DNA of 64,000 nt, taken from positions 3,393,827 to 3,457,826 of the forward strand of contig OY282368.1 in the NCBI GenBank assembly GCA_958295725.1, written 5' to 3'. A program made the translations under genes and the position numbers. The notes below the pieces were generated by a model. It was not told the origin of the DNA, searched no databases, and saw only the letters and a program-made list of their open reading frames with translations. This document shows, in pieces, positions 28,408 to 39,256 of the stretch; within the stretch, counting starts at the first letter, position 1; the number at the start of each line of letters is the position of its first letter. Origin of the DNA: an uncultured Alphaproteobacteria bacterium (lineage in GTDB: Bacteria; Pseudomonadota; Alphaproteobacteria; UBA2966).

Positions 28408-30636
28408 TCAGGCGAACCGGTTCGATCTCGGGAAGCCCTTGGGCGCGCGGCGGCCGATCTGTGCGCGCTTGCCGGACCACGGCGCGAGATCCCTCTCGGT
28501 CCGCGTCCGGCCGCCGGACCGCCAGGGGAGACCCCCGGCGAGACTGAACGCGACGGCGTCGGACAGGCCCCCGTCCTTGTAACGCTGGACCAGGACGCCG
28601 CGCCCCCGGGTCATGGTCGGCAGTTCCGAAACGGGGAACACCAGCAACTTCCGGTTCTCGCCCACGACGGCGACGGAATCCGCGCCCTCCGGCACCGCAG
28701 CGCAGACCCGCGCCTCGACTCCACGGCCGACGTTCAGCGCCTGTTTCCCGCCGCGGGTCTGGGCGATGACATGGTCCTCTCCGACGAGGAAGGCACGACC
28801 GTCGCTCGACGCGACCAGCAAGGTCCGCCCCGGTTCGTGGACCACGAGCTGAACGATGTCGTCCTCGGTGCCCAACTCGACCATGAGGCGCACCGGATCA
28901 CCGTGGCCGCGCCCGCGCGGGATCCTGTCGCAAGGGATGGTATAGAAGCGGCCGTTCGTTCCGAACAGCACCAGCTTGTCGGTCGTATCCGCGTGCAGCC
29001 AGAAACGGCCGCGATCCCCTTCCTTGTAGCGGGTGTCGCCGTTCGGGTCGACGTGACCCTTGACCGCCCGAATCCAGCCTTTCTCGGAACAGATCACCGT
29101 GATGGCCTCCTTCTCGACCATCGCCTCGAAGGGCACGACGACCGCGGCCGGAGGCTGGCCGATGTCGGTCCGGCGACGGCCCAGCCCGGTCTTCCCGCCG
29201 AACCGCTCGCGAACGGCACGGATTTCCGCCGAGAGGGCGCGTGAACGCCTCTTCTCGTCCCCTAGCAACGCCCGAAGCCTCTCGCGTTCCTCGGTCAGGT
29301 CGGCGTGTTCTCGCCGGATGCCTTCCTCCTCGAGGCGCCGCAAGGCCCGCAACCGCAGGTTGAGAATGGCTTCGGCCTGCGTGTCCGATAGATCGAACTT
29401 CTCCATCAACGTCGGTTTGGGGTCGTCCGCGTCGCGAATGATCCGAATCACCTCGTCGAGATCGAGAAACGCGATGAGATAGCCTTGCAGGATCTCGAGT
29501 CGCCGTTCCGTCCGGCCCAGGCGATAGCGGGTGCGTCGCACGAGCACGTCCAGCCGATGCTCCAGGAACGCCGACAGCGCCTCGCGCAATCCCATCACCC
29601 TCGGCGTGTTGCGGGCATCGAGGACGTTGAGGTTGAGGGGGATCCGCACCTCCAGATCGGTCAGCCGGTAAAGCGTCTCCATGAGCACGGCCGCGTCCAC
29701 CGAACGGCTCCTGGGTTCGAGAACGATCCGCACCTCTTCCGCCGACTCGTCCCGAATATCCGCCAGCATGGCCAGTTTTCGCGACTCCACGAGCGCCGCG
29801 ATCCTCTCGACCAGCCGCGCCTTCTGCACCTGATAGGGGATCTCGGTCACGACGATCCGGTACTGACCACGGCCCTGGTCTTCCGTTTCCCATCTCGCCC
29901 GAAGCCGGAAGCCGCCGCGGCCCGTGGCGTAGGCCTCGACGACATTCTCGGCCGGCTCGACGAGAACCCCGCCGGTGGGAAAATCGGGACCGGGCACGAA
30001 TTCGACCAGCTTCGCGGCGCGGGCCCGGGGATACTTGACGAGATGCAACAGGGCATCGCACAGCTCGCCGGCGTTGTGCGGCGGAATGTTCGTCGCCATG
30101 CCGACGGCGATTCCGCTGGCGCCGTTGGCCAACAGGTTGGGAAACGCCGCCGGCAACACCACCGGCTCGCTCTCCTCGCCATCGTAGGTATCCCGGAAAT
30201 CGACCGTGTCCTCGTCGATTCCGTCGAGCAGCGTTTCGGCCACCTCGGTCAACCGCGCCTCGGTGTAACGCATGGCCGCGGCGTTATCGCCGTCTACGTT
30301 GCCGAAATTCCCCTGGCCGTCGACGAGCGGATAGCGTGCGGCGAACGACTGGGCCAAGCGCACGAGCGCGTCGTAAACCGCCTGATCTCCGTGGGGGTGG
30401 AACTTGCCGATGACATCGCCGACGACGCGGGCGCATTTCTTGAAGCCCCGGTCGGGATCGAGCCTGAGTTGCCGCATCGCGTACAGCAGCCGGCGATGGA
30501 CGGGCTTCAGGCCATCGCGCGCGTCCGGCAGGGACCGGGCGGTAATGGTGGAAAGCGCATAAGCGAGATACCGTTCGCTCAAGGCGTCCGTCAGGGCGGT
30601 ATCGCGAATGTCCTCGGCGGGTGGAGCAACAGTCAT
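28408..30636 (-). CDS. parC: DNA topoisomerase IV subunit A
   Basis: LPDARDGLKPVHRR, GKFHPHGD and AAAMRYTEARL motifs; follows recO. Confidence 0.96.
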   Translation of the reverse strand: MTVAPPAEDIRDTALTDALSERYLAYALSTITARSLPDARDGLKPVHRRLLYAMRQLRLDPDRGFKKCARVVGDVIGKFHPHGDQAVYDALVRLAQSFAARYPLVDGQGNFGNVDGDNAAAMRYTEARLTEVAETLLDGIDEDTVDFRDTYDGEESEPVVLPAAFPNLLANGASGIAVGMATNIPPHNAGELCDALLHLVKYPRARAAKLVEFVPGPDFPTGGVLVEPAENVVEAYATGRGGFRLRARWETEDQGRGQYRIVVTEIPYQVQKARLVERIAALVESRKLAMLADIRDESAEEVRIVLEPRSRSVDAAVLMETLYRLTDLEVRIPLNLNVLDARNTPRVMGLREALSAFLEHRLDVLVRRTRYRLGRTERRLEILQGYLIAFLDLDEVIRIIRDADDPKPTLMEKFDLSDTQAEAILNLRLRALRRLEEEGIRREHADLTEERERLRALLGDEKRRSRALSAEIRAVRERFGGKTGLGRRRTDIGQPPAAVVVPFEAMVEKEAITVICSEKGWIRAVKGHVDPNGDTRYKEGDRGRFWLHADTTDKLVLFGTNGRFYTIPCDRIPRGRGHGDPVRLMVELGTEDDIVQLVVHEPGRTLLVASSDGRAFLVGEDHVIAQTRGGKQALNVGRGVEARVCAAVPEGADSVAVVGENRKLLVFPVSELPTMTRGRGVLVQRYKDGGLSDAVAFSLAGGLPWRSGGRTRTERDLAPWSGKRAQIGRRAPKGFPRSNRFA

Positions 30637-31415
30637 CTCACCGATATATCACTAGGTATTGTGTTTCGACGAGAAAATCGTTCTACCAGTCGTGCCCTGG
30701 CGGGGGGAAGTGCGCCGCCCCGGTCACCGAGAACGTGACGCGCCAGGAAATGTCCCGTCAACGCCAGTCCATCCGCGGCCGCGTCGCGCAGATCTCCAAG
30801 CGTGGCGGGCAAGGCACGGCCCGCGCCCCGTCCGTCCGCGACGAGGAACGCGGGCAAGGGTAGCAAACGGTCGCGATACTCCCCGGCCGCCGCCGCACCG
30901 ACGGCGCGCCCGCTTCGGGGGGAGACGTATGCCAATCCGGTCTCCGCACCCGTCCGCGCGCACGATCCGAGGTCCAGCCCGAACCCCAGCTCGGCCAACA
31001 GGCCCGCTTCCCATCGCACGTAGACGAGCGGCCAGGACTCGCTTCGCTCGATTTCGTCCAACAAGGTCATCATTCCCTCGTAGGTGCCCCGATGGGGTTG
31101 GCGTTCGGGCAGGACGACCTCGGCGACCGCGCAAGCCGCGCTGAGGCCCGCCAACCGGTCCGAATCGGAGAGGAAGTTCGCGGCGCGCGCGCGCATGGGC
31201 TCGACGGTCAGGATTCCGAGATGTTCCGCGAGCCGGGCGCGCCAGCTGGCACTCACTTGGTTGCCCGGCTGGAGCACTCCCCGGATCCTTCGCCCGGCGC
31301 CGCCGCGAACGAGGCCTGCGTGGCGGCCCCGGTGTCCGGTCAGCAGTTGCGCGATGGCGGACGATTCGCCGTGCTTGCGCGCGGACAGAACGATCCCTTC
31401 GTCGGTCCACTCCAT
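30633..31415 (-). CDS. recO: DNA repair protein RecO
   Basis: MEWTDEGIVLSARKHGE, LQPGN..WRARL..HLG and YVSPRSGRAV motifs. Confidence 0.95.
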   Translation of the reverse strand: MEWTDEGIVLSARKHGESSAIAQLLTGHRGRHAGLVRGGAGRRIRGVLQPGNQVSASWRARLAEHLGILTVEPMRARAANFLSDSDRLAGLSAACAVAEVVLPERQPHRGTYEGMMTLLDEIERSESWPLVYVRWEAGLLAELGFGLDLGSCARTGAETGLAYVSPRSGRAVGAAAAGEYRDRLLPLPAFLVADGRGAGRALPATLGDLRDAAADGLALTGHFLARHVLGDRGGALPPARARLVERFSRRNTIPSDISVR

Positions 31416-31426
31416 CGAGCCGAGGC

Positions 31427-32374
31427 CTAACGGGGAAACTCCAAGCCCATTTCCCGATACCGGGCCGGTTCGTCGAGCCAGGCCGCGCGCACCTTCACGC
31501 GAAGGAACAGATGGACCGGGCGCTCCATGGTGTTCTCGAGTTCGAGGCGCGCCGCCACGCCCACCGCCTTGATCGCCCGCCCGCCCTTCCCGAGCACGAT
31601 CCCCTTGTGGGAGTCACGCGACACGTAGATCACCTGATCGATCTTCGCACCGCCGTCGGGGCGTTCTTCCCAACCTTCGGTCTCCACCGTGAGATGGTAG
31701 GGCAGTTCCTGGCGGAGCCGCATGAAGAGCTTTTCCCGCGTCGTCTCGGCCGCCAGCAACCGCATGGGCATAGCGGCGATCTGATCTTCCGGATACAACC
31801 AGGGGCCCTCGGGCAGGATCCCGGCGAGAAAGTCCCGCAGGTCTCCCACACCGTCTCCGGACAGCGCCGAGATCATGAAGGTGCCCCGGAACGCGCCGGA
31901 CTCGTTCAGGGCGTCGCTCAGGGCGAGCAGCCTGTTCTTCTCGACGAGGTCGATCTTGTTCAGGACGAGCACCGCCGGCAAGCCCGCCCCGGCCAGCCCT
32001 TCGACGATCCGCGCCGTGTCGTCGCCGTCCGTATCCGCCGGTCGGCGGGAATCGGCGAGAAGCACGACCATGTCCGCGTCGCGGGCGCCGGACCACGCCG
32101 CGTCGACCATCGCCCGTTCGAGACGACGACGGGGAGAGGAGAAGATCCCGGGGGTGTCGACGAACACGAACTGCGAGTCTCCGTCGACGGCCACGCCGAT
32201 AACCCGCGTCCGCGTCGTTTGAACCTTGGGCGTGACGATCGATACCTTCGCCCCCACGAATGCGTTCAACAACGTGGACTTGCCGGCATTGGGCGCGCCC
32301 ACGAGCGCGACCACGCCGCATCGCGCGTCCGCGCGCGTGTTTCCGCCGGGTTTCCGCGCCGTATCGTCAGCCAT
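31427..32374 (-). CDS. era: GTPase Era
   Basis: GAPNAGKSTL, KVQTTR, DTPG, NKID and KH domain GIVLGKGG. Confidence 0.96.
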   Translation of the reverse strand: MADDTARKPGGNTRADARCGVVALVGAPNAGKSTLLNAFVGAKVSIVTPKVQTTRTRVIGVAVDGDSQFVFVDTPGIFSSPRRRLERAMVDAAWSGARDADMVVLLADSRRPADTDGDDTARIVEGLAGAGLPAVLVLNKIDLVEKNRLLALSDALNESGAFRGTFMISALSGDGVGDLRDFLAGILPEGPWLYPEDQIAAMPMRLLAAETTREKLFMRLRQELPYHLTVETEGWEERPDGGAKIDQVIYVSRDSHKGIVLGKGGRAIKAVGVAARLELENTMERPVHLFLRVKVRAAWLDEPARYREMGLEFPR

Positions 32375-33089
32375 CGTCGGTCGCCGCCGGGGGCTCGTGA
32401 CGCTCGATTCCCGCGAGCAGCGCGGCCGCGGCGGCCTGCTCGGCCTCGCGCTTCGAGCCGCCGCGTCCCCGCCGCGCCGAAAGCCCCGGCACGGACGCCT
32501 CGATCGTGAACGTCGGATCGTGGTCCGCGCCCTCGCGGGCGACGAGGGTGTACGCGGGTGGCTCCAGACTCGCGGCGTGAGCCCATTCCTGCAACCGCGT
32601 CTTGGCATCCTTCGGCGCCTGGACCAGCGCGTCGACCCTGTCGTCCCAATAACGATGGATGAACCGGGCCGCTACGCTCAAGCCGCCGTCGAGGTAGAGC
32701 GCGCCGATAATGGCCTCGCAGGCGTTCGCCAGCAGGGCCGGCCTGTTCGCGCCGCCCCCGTCGCGCTCGCTCTTGCCCAGGTCCAGATACGCCCCGAGAT
32801 TCATATCCCGGGCGACGCCGGCAAGAGTCTCCCGCCTTACCAGCGCGTTGTACCGATACGCGAGCTGTCCCGCATCCGCGTTATCGAAGCGCGCGAGCAG
32901 GCGTTCGGCAATGACGAGCCCCAGGACCCGGTCACCCAGAAATTCCAGGCGCTCGTAATCGCGCGGACGTCGCGCGGACCGGCGTCCGCCCCCGGCGGCG
33001 CTGGGGTGCGTCAAGGCCTCGTCGAGCAGTCCGGTCCGCTCGAACTCGTGGCCGAGTAGTCCGCCGAGCTCGGCGCGGGACGACGACAT
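32367..33089 (-). CDS. rnc: Ribonuclease III
   Basis: YERLEFLGDRVLG signature; dsRBD KTRLQEW..SKREAEQAAA. Confidence 0.96.
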   Translation of the reverse strand: MSSSRAELGGLLGHEFERTGLLDEALTHPSAAGGGRRSARRPRDYERLEFLGDRVLGLVIAERLLARFDNADAGQLAYRYNALVRRETLAGVARDMNLGAYLDLGKSERDGGGANRPALLANACEAIIGALYLDGGLSVAARFIHRYWDDRVDALVQAPKDAKTRLQEWAHAASLEPPAYTLVAREGADHDPTFTIEASVPGLSARRGRGGSKREAEQAAAAALLAGIERHEPPAATDDG

Positions 33090-33095
33090 GCCGGA

Positions 33096-33842
33096 CTAGC
33101 CTCGCAGGCCGTCGAACAGACGCCCGTACCTCACGGCGAACGGCCATTTCCAGACCTCCCAGAATCGCGCGGAACCGTCGGTGGAAAAAAACAGGACCTC
33201 CGCCCGGCCGACGAGATTCTCCGCCGGAACCAGCCCCACGGCCGACGCGACCCGGCTGTCCAGGGAGTTGTCCCGGTTGTCGCCCATCGCGAAGTAATAG
33301 CCCTGCTGCACCAGGTACTCCCCGGTGTTGTCGTGGTTGCCGTTTCGCAGCAGATCCAGGGTCCTGTAGGCGACGCCGTTAGGCAGCCGCTCCACGTACT
33401 GAGGCGCGAAGTAGACGTTTCCGAAGTCGTCGGTGTAGGTGAAGTCCTCGATACGCGACCGCGCCACCGGTTCGCCGTTCAGGTATAGGCGGCCCTCCTT
33501 CATTTGAATCCGGTCGCCGGGCAATCCGACGATTCGTTTGATGTAGTCGGTATCGTTGTCCCGCGGGAGCTTGAACACCGCGATGTCTCCGCGCTCCGGT
33601 GCGGACTCGGCGATCCGGCCGGAAAACAGCGGCGGGCTCCACGGCAACGAGTGTCGACTGTACCCGTAGGAGTATTTGGAAACGAACAGGTAGTCCCCGA
33701 CCAGCAGGGTGGGCAGCATCGACTCCGATGGAATGTTGAACGGTTCGAAGGCCAGCGTCCGTATGACGCCCGCGATCAACACGGCGTAGACGATCGTGCG
33801 GATCGTCTCGCCGACGCCGCCTTTCGCCTTCTTTTCGCTCAC
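33096..33842 (-). CDS. lepB: Signal peptidase I (start uncertain, could extend to 33899)
   Basis: IPSESMLPTL, DYIKRIVGLPGD and GDNRDNSLDSR motifs. Confidence 0.95.
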   Translation of the reverse strand: MSEKKAKGGVGETIRTIVYAVLIAGVIRTLAFEPFNIPSESMLPTLLVGDYLFVSKYSYGYSRHSLPWSPPLFSGRIAESAPERGDIAVFKLPRDNDTDYIKRIVGLPGDRIQMKEGRLYLNGEPVARSRIEDFTYTDDFGNVYFAPQYVERLPNGVAYRTLDLLRNGNHDNTGEYLVQQGYYFAMGDNRDNSLDSRVASAVGLVPAENLVGRAEVLFFSTDGSARFWEVWKWPFAVRYGRLFDGLRG

Positions 33843-33933
33843 CGGCGCGCTTCCCGCCGACGGTACCGCGAGGGAACCACCGATCCGCGGAGTCCGCAAA
33901 CCGGCCGACCGCCGCCGCGGAGCGCGCGCCCGG

Positions 33934-34347
33934 TCACGACGCGTCGACCGGGAGCGCGGAGATGAGAACGATCGCCTGGGCGAGCGGAGGCTCGTCGGTG
34001 ATCGTGAGTTCGACGTGGGCGCGCATACCGTCCGGCGTGAGTTCCTCGAGCCGGGTCCGGGCGCCCCCGGTCAGCTCGAGCACGGGCTTTCCGGATGGCA
34101 GGTTGTAGACCCCGAGGTCGCGCCAGAAGACGCCTCGCCGAAACCCGGTGCCGAGCGCCTTGGCGCACGCTTCCTTGGCGGCGAACCTGCGCGCGTACGA
34201 CGCCGCCCGACCGGCGCGGCCCTCCGAATTCGAGCGCTCCAGTTCGGTGAATATCCGTTTGACGAAGCGTTCGCCGAAGCGGTCGAGGGTTCTCTCGACT
34301 CGCCGGATGTCGATGAGGTCGCTGCCCATCCCGATCACCACCGCCAT
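33934..34347 (-). CDS. acpS: Holo-ACP synthase
   Basis: [27 protein letters not shown] and ITDE motifs. Confidence 0.95.
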   Translation of the reverse strand: MAVVIGMGSDLIDIRRVERTLDRFGERFVKRIFTELERSNSEGRAGRAASYARRFAAKEACAKALGTGFRRGVFWRDLGVYNLPSGKPVLELTGGARTRLEELTPDGMRAHVELTITDEPPLAQAIVLISALPVDAS

Positions 34348-34360
34348 GCCCCTTCCCACG

Positions 34361-35098
34361 TCACGCCGGTGCCCTCGCCCCGTCCATGAGCGCGCGCATG
34401 TGGCGAATGGCGCCCTCCAGTCCCGTGAACATCGCCTCCCCCATGAGGAAGTGGCCTATGTTGAGCTCCACGACGGTCGGGATGGCGACGACGGCGGCGA
34501 CGGTCTCGAACCCCAACCCGTGGCCCGCGTGACACTCGAGACCGATCCGCTCGGCGTGCGCCGCGGCATCCTTCAGCCGCCGCAACTCCGCCCGCCGCCC
34601 GGAACCCGTGGCCTCGCAATACGCGCCCGTGTGCAACTCGACCACGGGAGCGCCGATCGCGACCGCCGCGTCGAGTTGCCTTTCGTCGGGGTCGACGAAC
34701 AGCGACACGCGGCAGCCCGCCTCTCGCAGCCGCGGAACGACCTCCCCGAGGCGGTCCCGCGAACCCGTTACGTCGAGGCCGCCTTCGGTCGTCAATTCCT
34801 CTCGTCTCTCGGGAACGAGGCACGCGGCATGGGGCCGGAACTTCGCGGCGACGGCGACCATTTCGTCGGTCGCCGCCATTTCGAGATTGAGCGGCGCGTC
34901 GAGCTCCTCGCTCAGCCGGGCGATGTCGTCGTCCCGGATGTGCCTCCGGTCCTCTCTGAGATGCGCCGTGATGCCGTCGGCGCCGGCCCCGACGGCGAGG
35001 CGGGCGGCCCTGACGGGGTCGGGATGGTCGATGCCCCTGGCGTTCCGGACGGTCGCGACGTGATCGACGTTCACGCCCAGCCTCGGATACCGGCTCAC
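34361..35098 (-). CDS. pdxJ: Pyridoxine 5'-phosphate synthase
   Basis: [35 protein letters not shown] and ELNIGH motifs. Confidence 0.96.
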   Translation of the reverse strand: MSRYPRLGVNVDHVATVRNARGIDHPDPVRAARLAVGAGADGITAHLREDRRHIRDDDIARLSEELDAPLNLEMAATDEMVAVAAKFRPHAACLVPERREELTTEGGLDVTGSRDRLGEVVPRLREAGCRVSLFVDPDERQLDAAVAIGAPVVELHTGAYCEATGSGRRAELRRLKDAAAHAERIGLECHAGHGLGFETVAAVVAIPTVVELNIGHFLMGEAMFTGLEGAIRHMRALMDGARAPA

Positions 35099-35673
35099 GG
35101 AACCAACCCTCCCCCGGCGCGGGAACCGGTGACGGTCGCCGCCGCCTCCCGCCGTCGGCGCAAACGCTCGGACCGGAGACGCCGATACCGCTCGACGCAG
35201 TAGCAAGTCGGGAAAAAGACGACGATCCACACCACGACGGCGCAGAGTGCGCCGCCGACGGTCATCGGCAGCAGGACCGCGAAGGGATGGTCGAAGATGT
35301 AGTGAAGACTTATATGCCGCGGCACGTCGGCCAGACGCGACGATCCCAGAAGCAACTCGCCGAGGCGGAGCGTGCCCCACCAGATGAACGGAAACGTCCA
35401 CGGATTGCCGACGGCGGTCCCGACGGCCGAGGCGATGACGTTGCCGCCGAGCAGCCACGCGATGAGAGCGGCGGACACGAAATGAAGACCGACGAATGGC
35501 GTGAATGAAACCGCGGCGCCGCACGCGAGTCCGGCCGCGATGGAGTACGCCGACCCCCGGAGTCGCACGACGCGATGGCGCAGGTAGGCGCCGGCCCGGA
35601 ACCATCCCATGCGCGGCCAGAGGAACTCCCGCGCCCGCTGCGGGAAAGTCATGCTCACCCGGCGACGAAACAT
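35095..35673 (-). CDS. DUF2062 membrane protein
   Basis: LWPRMGW.RA..Y, SFTPFVGLH and VGNPWTFPFIW motifs. Confidence 0.85.
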   Translation of the reverse strand: MFRRRVSMTFPQRAREFLWPRMGWFRAGAYLRHRVVRLRGSAYSIAAGLACGAAVSFTPFVGLHFVSAALIAWLLGGNVIASAVGTAVGNPWTFPFIWWGTLRLGELLLGSSRLADVPRHISLHYIFDHPFAVLLPMTVGGALCAVVVWIVVFFPTCYCVERYRRLRSERLRRRREAAATVTGSRAGGGLVP

Positions 35674-35746
35674 CGGCCCACCCGTCTCGTCATCGAATCC
35701 GGAATATCGCCGGCGCCGGACGGACTCGCAGCGCGAGCTCCAGGCC

Positions 35747-37897
35747 TCATCCGCGCACCCGCTCGACCGAGTTGATCGCCGGTTCCGCGCGAAGCGCCGC
35801 GAGAATACCGGTCAGATGGGCGACGTCCTTGACCTCGATATCGACCAGGAATTCGTAGAAATCGGACGATCGGTCGGTAATCTTGAGGTTCGAGATGTTG
35901 GCGCGATTGTCGGCGATGACCGTCGTCAAGCGCGAGAGACTTCCCGGCGTGTTCGACAGCACTGTTTCGATCCGTCCCACGTGCATCCGATGGGGATCCG
36001 CGCTCGCGTCCCAGGCGACGTCCAGCCATCTCTCGGGCGTGTCGTTGAACTGTTCCAGCGCCTCGCAGTCGATCGTGTGCACGGTCACGCCTTTGCCGGC
36101 GGTCAGAATGCCGATGATGCGTTCCCCGGGGAGCGGATGGCAGCACCCGGCCATATGCACGGCGACACCCGGCATCAGACCCCGTATGGGCACGGGATCG
36201 GTCCGGTCCCTGGCCGAACCGATGCGGGGCCGCATCCGGGAGAGGATCTTGCCCGCCCGTTCGCGGACCGTCGGGTCCGGGTAGATCGCCTTGACGACCG
36301 TCGCCTTGTCGATGTCGCCACTGCCCAGGGCGATATACAGTTCTTCGAGGGACTTCCGGCCGAGCGACTTGAGCGCGCGCCTCGTGGTCCGGCTGGTCGG
36401 TCGACGATTGGTCTCGCCGATGGCCTTTTTCATGATGGCGCGGCCGAGCTCCCGGTATTGCGAACGTTGCTGCTTGCGCACGAATCGCCTGACTGCCGAG
36501 CGCGCCTTGCCGGTGATGACGAAATTCTCCCAGATGGGAGAGGGCGACGGTTCCGTGGATCGCAATATCTCGACCTGATCCCCGTTCTTGAGCTGAGAGC
36601 GCAACGGAGCCAGCTTGCCGTTGATCCGCGCGCCGACGCAGGTGTCGCCCACGTCCGTGTGCACCGCGTAGGCGAAATCGACCGGAGTCGCGCCCCTCGG
36701 CAGGACGATCAGCTCGCCCTTGGGCGAAAAGCAGAAGACCTGATCGGAGAACATTTCGAGCTTGGTGTGCTCGAGGAGTTCCCGCGAGTCGGACGCGTTC
36801 TCGAGAATTTCACGCAGCTCCCGGAGCCAACGGTATTGATTGCCGTCGACGTGGTCCGCGTGCTGCTTGTATTGCCAATGCGCGGCGACGCCGTACTCGG
36901 CGATGCTGTGCATCTCTCGCGTGCGGATCTGGATCTCGACCCGGTTCTGCTCCGGACCGATGACCGTCGTGTGCAGCGAGCGGTAGTCGTTGCGCTTCGG
37001 CGTCGAGATGTAGTCCTTGAACCGGCCCGGCACCATCGGATAACGGGCATGAACGGCGCCCAGAGCCCGATAGCAGTCTTCGACGTTCTCGACCACGATC
37101 CGGAAGGCCATGATGTCGGAGAGTTGTTCGAAGCCGACGTTGTCCTGCTCCATCTTGTGCCAGATGGAATAAGGGCGCTTCTCGCGGCCCGTCACCGAAG
37201 CTCCGATGGACGCCGCCTCCAGCGTCTCTCTTAGCTGCTCCGTGACGCGCGGCACCAGATCGGCGCCCTGCTCGCGCAGGAACTCGAGACGCGACAGGAC
37301 CGTCTCTCGGGCCTCGGGGCGGAGTTCGGCGAAGGCGAGGTCCTCGAGCTCGTCCTTCATGTGATGCATCCCGATCCGCTCGGCGAGCGGAGCGTAGATC
37401 TCCATCGTCTCAAGAGCGACACGCCGCCGCTTCTCGCCGCTCCCGACGAACTTCAGGGTGCGCATGTTGTGGAGACGATCCGCCAGTTTCACCAGCAGCA
37501 CGCGGATGTCGTTCGACATGGCCAGCACGAGCTTCCGGAAGTTCTCGGCCTGCCGCGTCTCTTCCGTGTGCGGCATTTCGATCAGGGACAGCTTGGTCAC
37601 GCCGTCGACGAGGCGCGCGATATCGGTGCCGAACCGCCCCTCGATCTCTCCGAGCGTCGCCAGCGTGTCTTCCACCGTATCGTGAAGAAGCGCCGTGGCG
37701 ATCGTGTCGGCGTCTAGCTTCATCTCGGTGAGGATGCCCGCCACTTCCACGGGGTGCATGTAGTAGGGATCCCCCGATTCGCGGGTCTGGCTTCCGTGTG
37801 CCGCGACGGAGAAATCATAGGCGCGACTCAGCAGATCCTCGCTCGCGCGTGGATCGTACGCCCGCACCCGCTCGACGAGCTCGACCTGCCCCATCAT
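35747..37897 (-). CDS. spoT: Bifunctional (p)ppGpp synthetase/hydrolase (RelA/SpoT homolog)
   Basis: LLHDTVED HD domain, KLADRLHNMRTL, YRSLHT, TGS domain, CCHPLPGE and ACT domain. Confidence 0.96.
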   Translation of the reverse strand: MMGQVELVERVRAYDPRASEDLLSRAYDFSVAAHGSQTRESGDPYYMHPVEVAGILTEMKLDADTIATALLHDTVEDTLATLGEIEGRFGTDIARLVDGVTKLSLIEMPHTEETRQAENFRKLVLAMSNDIRVLLVKLADRLHNMRTLKFVGSGEKRRRVALETMEIYAPLAERIGMHHMKDELEDLAFAELRPEARETVLSRLEFLREQGADLVPRVTEQLRETLEAASIGASVTGREKRPYSIWHKMEQDNVGFEQLSDIMAFRIVVENVEDCYRALGAVHARYPMVPGRFKDYISTPKRNDYRSLHTTVIGPEQNRVEIQIRTREMHSIAEYGVAAHWQYKQHADHVDGNQYRWLRELREILENASDSRELLEHTKLEMFSDQVFCFSPKGELIVLPRGATPVDFAYAVHTDVGDTCVGARINGKLAPLRSQLKNGDQVEILRSTEPSPSPIWENFVITGKARSAVRRFVRKQQRSQYRELGRAIMKKAIGETNRRPTSRTTRRALKSLGRKSLEELYIALGSGDIDKATVVKAIYPDPTVRERAGKILSRMRPRIGSARDRTDPVPIRGLMPGVAVHMAGCCHPLPGERIIGILTAGKGVTVHTIDCEALEQFNDTPERWLDVAWDASADPHRMHVGRIETVLSNTPGSLSRLTTVIADNRANISNLKITDRSSDFYEFLVDIEVKDVAHLTGILAALRAEPAINSVERVRG

Positions 37898-38011
37898 GAC
37901 CCGCACGACGGTTCCCGTCGCCGTCCGGGGAACTTCCGAATTTCTGGAAACGACGGGCGCGGCCGATCGCGAACGGTCCGGTCGCGCGCCGGCTTCAGAT
38001 CGAGCGCTCGA

Positions 38012-38428
38012 TCACGCCTCTTCCGGTTCGCCGACGGCATCGCCTTCGTCCGCCCCCGCCATTTCGAGGTCTTCGATGTCCGCGGCTTCCTCTTCTTCGC
38101 TCGCGCCCGCCGCGTCCCGACCGGCGTCCGCGCCCGTGATGGCGGCCCACTCCTGACCCGCCATGAGCAAGGCCATATCGTCTTCCTCGGGCTCGTCGTG
38201 CTCGACATGGCGCTGCATGCTTCGGACGAGCGACTCGCGGAGTTCGTCGTTCTCGATCGTCGTATCGGCGATCTCACGCAACGCGACGACGGGATTCTTG
38301 TCGTTGTCGCGATCGACCGTCGGCTCCTCGCCGGCGGAAATCTGGCGGGACCGCTGTCCGGCCAGAAGAACCAGATCGAACCGGTTCGGGATCTTCTCGA
38401 CGCAATCCTCGACGGTAACGCGCGCCAT
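38012..38428 (-). CDS. rpoZ: RNA polymerase omega subunit
   Basis: MARVTVEDC...[18 protein letters not shown]. Confidence 0.97.
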   Translation of the reverse strand: MARVTVEDCVEKIPNRFDLVLLAGQRSRQISAGEEPTVDRDNDKNPVVALREIADTTIENDELRESLVRSMQRHVEHDEPEEDDMALLMAGQEWAAITGADAGRDAAGASEEEEAADIEDLEMAGADEGDAVGEPEEA

Positions 38429-38471
38429 GGCTCAACTCCAGCAGCTTCGGTAATCCCAAGTACTCGACCAA

Positions 38472-38500
38472 TACATATTCGCAATGACTCGCCAAGGCAA
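38472..38500 (-). promoter_or_regulatory. Putative sigma70 promoter of rpoZ-rsh
   Basis: Minus-strand TTGCCT-N17-TATGTA, 44 bp upstream of rpoZ. Confidence 0.45.
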
Positions 38501-38520
38501 GGGCGCGGTCGCACTGCGCG

Positions 38521-39063
38521 TCACCCATCCAGCGGTTCCGCCGCCTGGCCGGGCGGCAGGCCGGCGATCAACTCGTCGAGGGTCCGCCCGTCGACGGGAT
38601 GGCGCCAGTCCGGCGCGACCTCCGCCATCGGCAAGAGCACGAACGCGCGGTCCCGGAGCCTGGGATGGGGAAGCTCGATCCCCCCTTCCGCGCGTCCGCC
38701 GGCGTCCGGGATCTCCACCGTGTCTCCGAATGCCAGGAGGTCCAGATCGACGACGCGCGCCTCGTCACGGACGCGCCGAACCCTGCCGAACGCGTCCTCG
38801 ATCCGTCGCAGGATGTCGAGAAGCTCTCCGGGCGCGCCGTCGAACGCGATGACGGCCACCCCGTTGACGAACCAGGGTTGATCCGACTCCGGCACCGGCG
38901 CGCTACGGTACCAGCGCGACCGCCGGACGACGCGAACGCCCCGCCTTTCCAGGTCCTCCAACGCGGCCTCCAGCGTTTCCAGAGGCGTCGCTCCGGTGGG
39001 ACCCGGCAGGTTGGCGCCCAGGCCGATCAGGATCGCGTCGTTTCCCCTCGAGGCGGTATCCAC
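38521..39063 (-). CDS. folK: 6-hydroxymethyl-7,8-dihydropterin pyrophosphokinase
   Basis: IGLGANL, DQPWFVNGV, RVVDLDLL and LPHPRLRDRAFVLLP motifs. Confidence 0.94.
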   Translation of the reverse strand: MDTASRGNDAILIGLGANLPGPTGATPLETLEAALEDLERRGVRVVRRSRWYRSAPVPESDQPWFVNGVAVIAFDGAPGELLDILRRIEDAFGRVRRVRDEARVVDLDLLAFGDTVEIPDAGGRAEGGIELPHPRLRDRAFVLLPMAEVAPDWRHPVDGRTLDELIAGLPPGQAAEPLDG

Positions 39064-39256
39064 TTGCCTTCGGAACCTCGCGTGCTAAATCCTGTTCCGG
39101 GATCGTGTCTCTCCGCGCTGCTCGTGAAGCCGCGTCGAGTATGGTAGAAGCCTGTACGACGCGGCCCGCGCCGGGCGGATCCGGGCGCGGAGCTTGCGCG
39201 GGTCGCGAAACGCGACCCTTCGTCGAGGAGAAACGAACAGTGTGGGAATTTTGGAA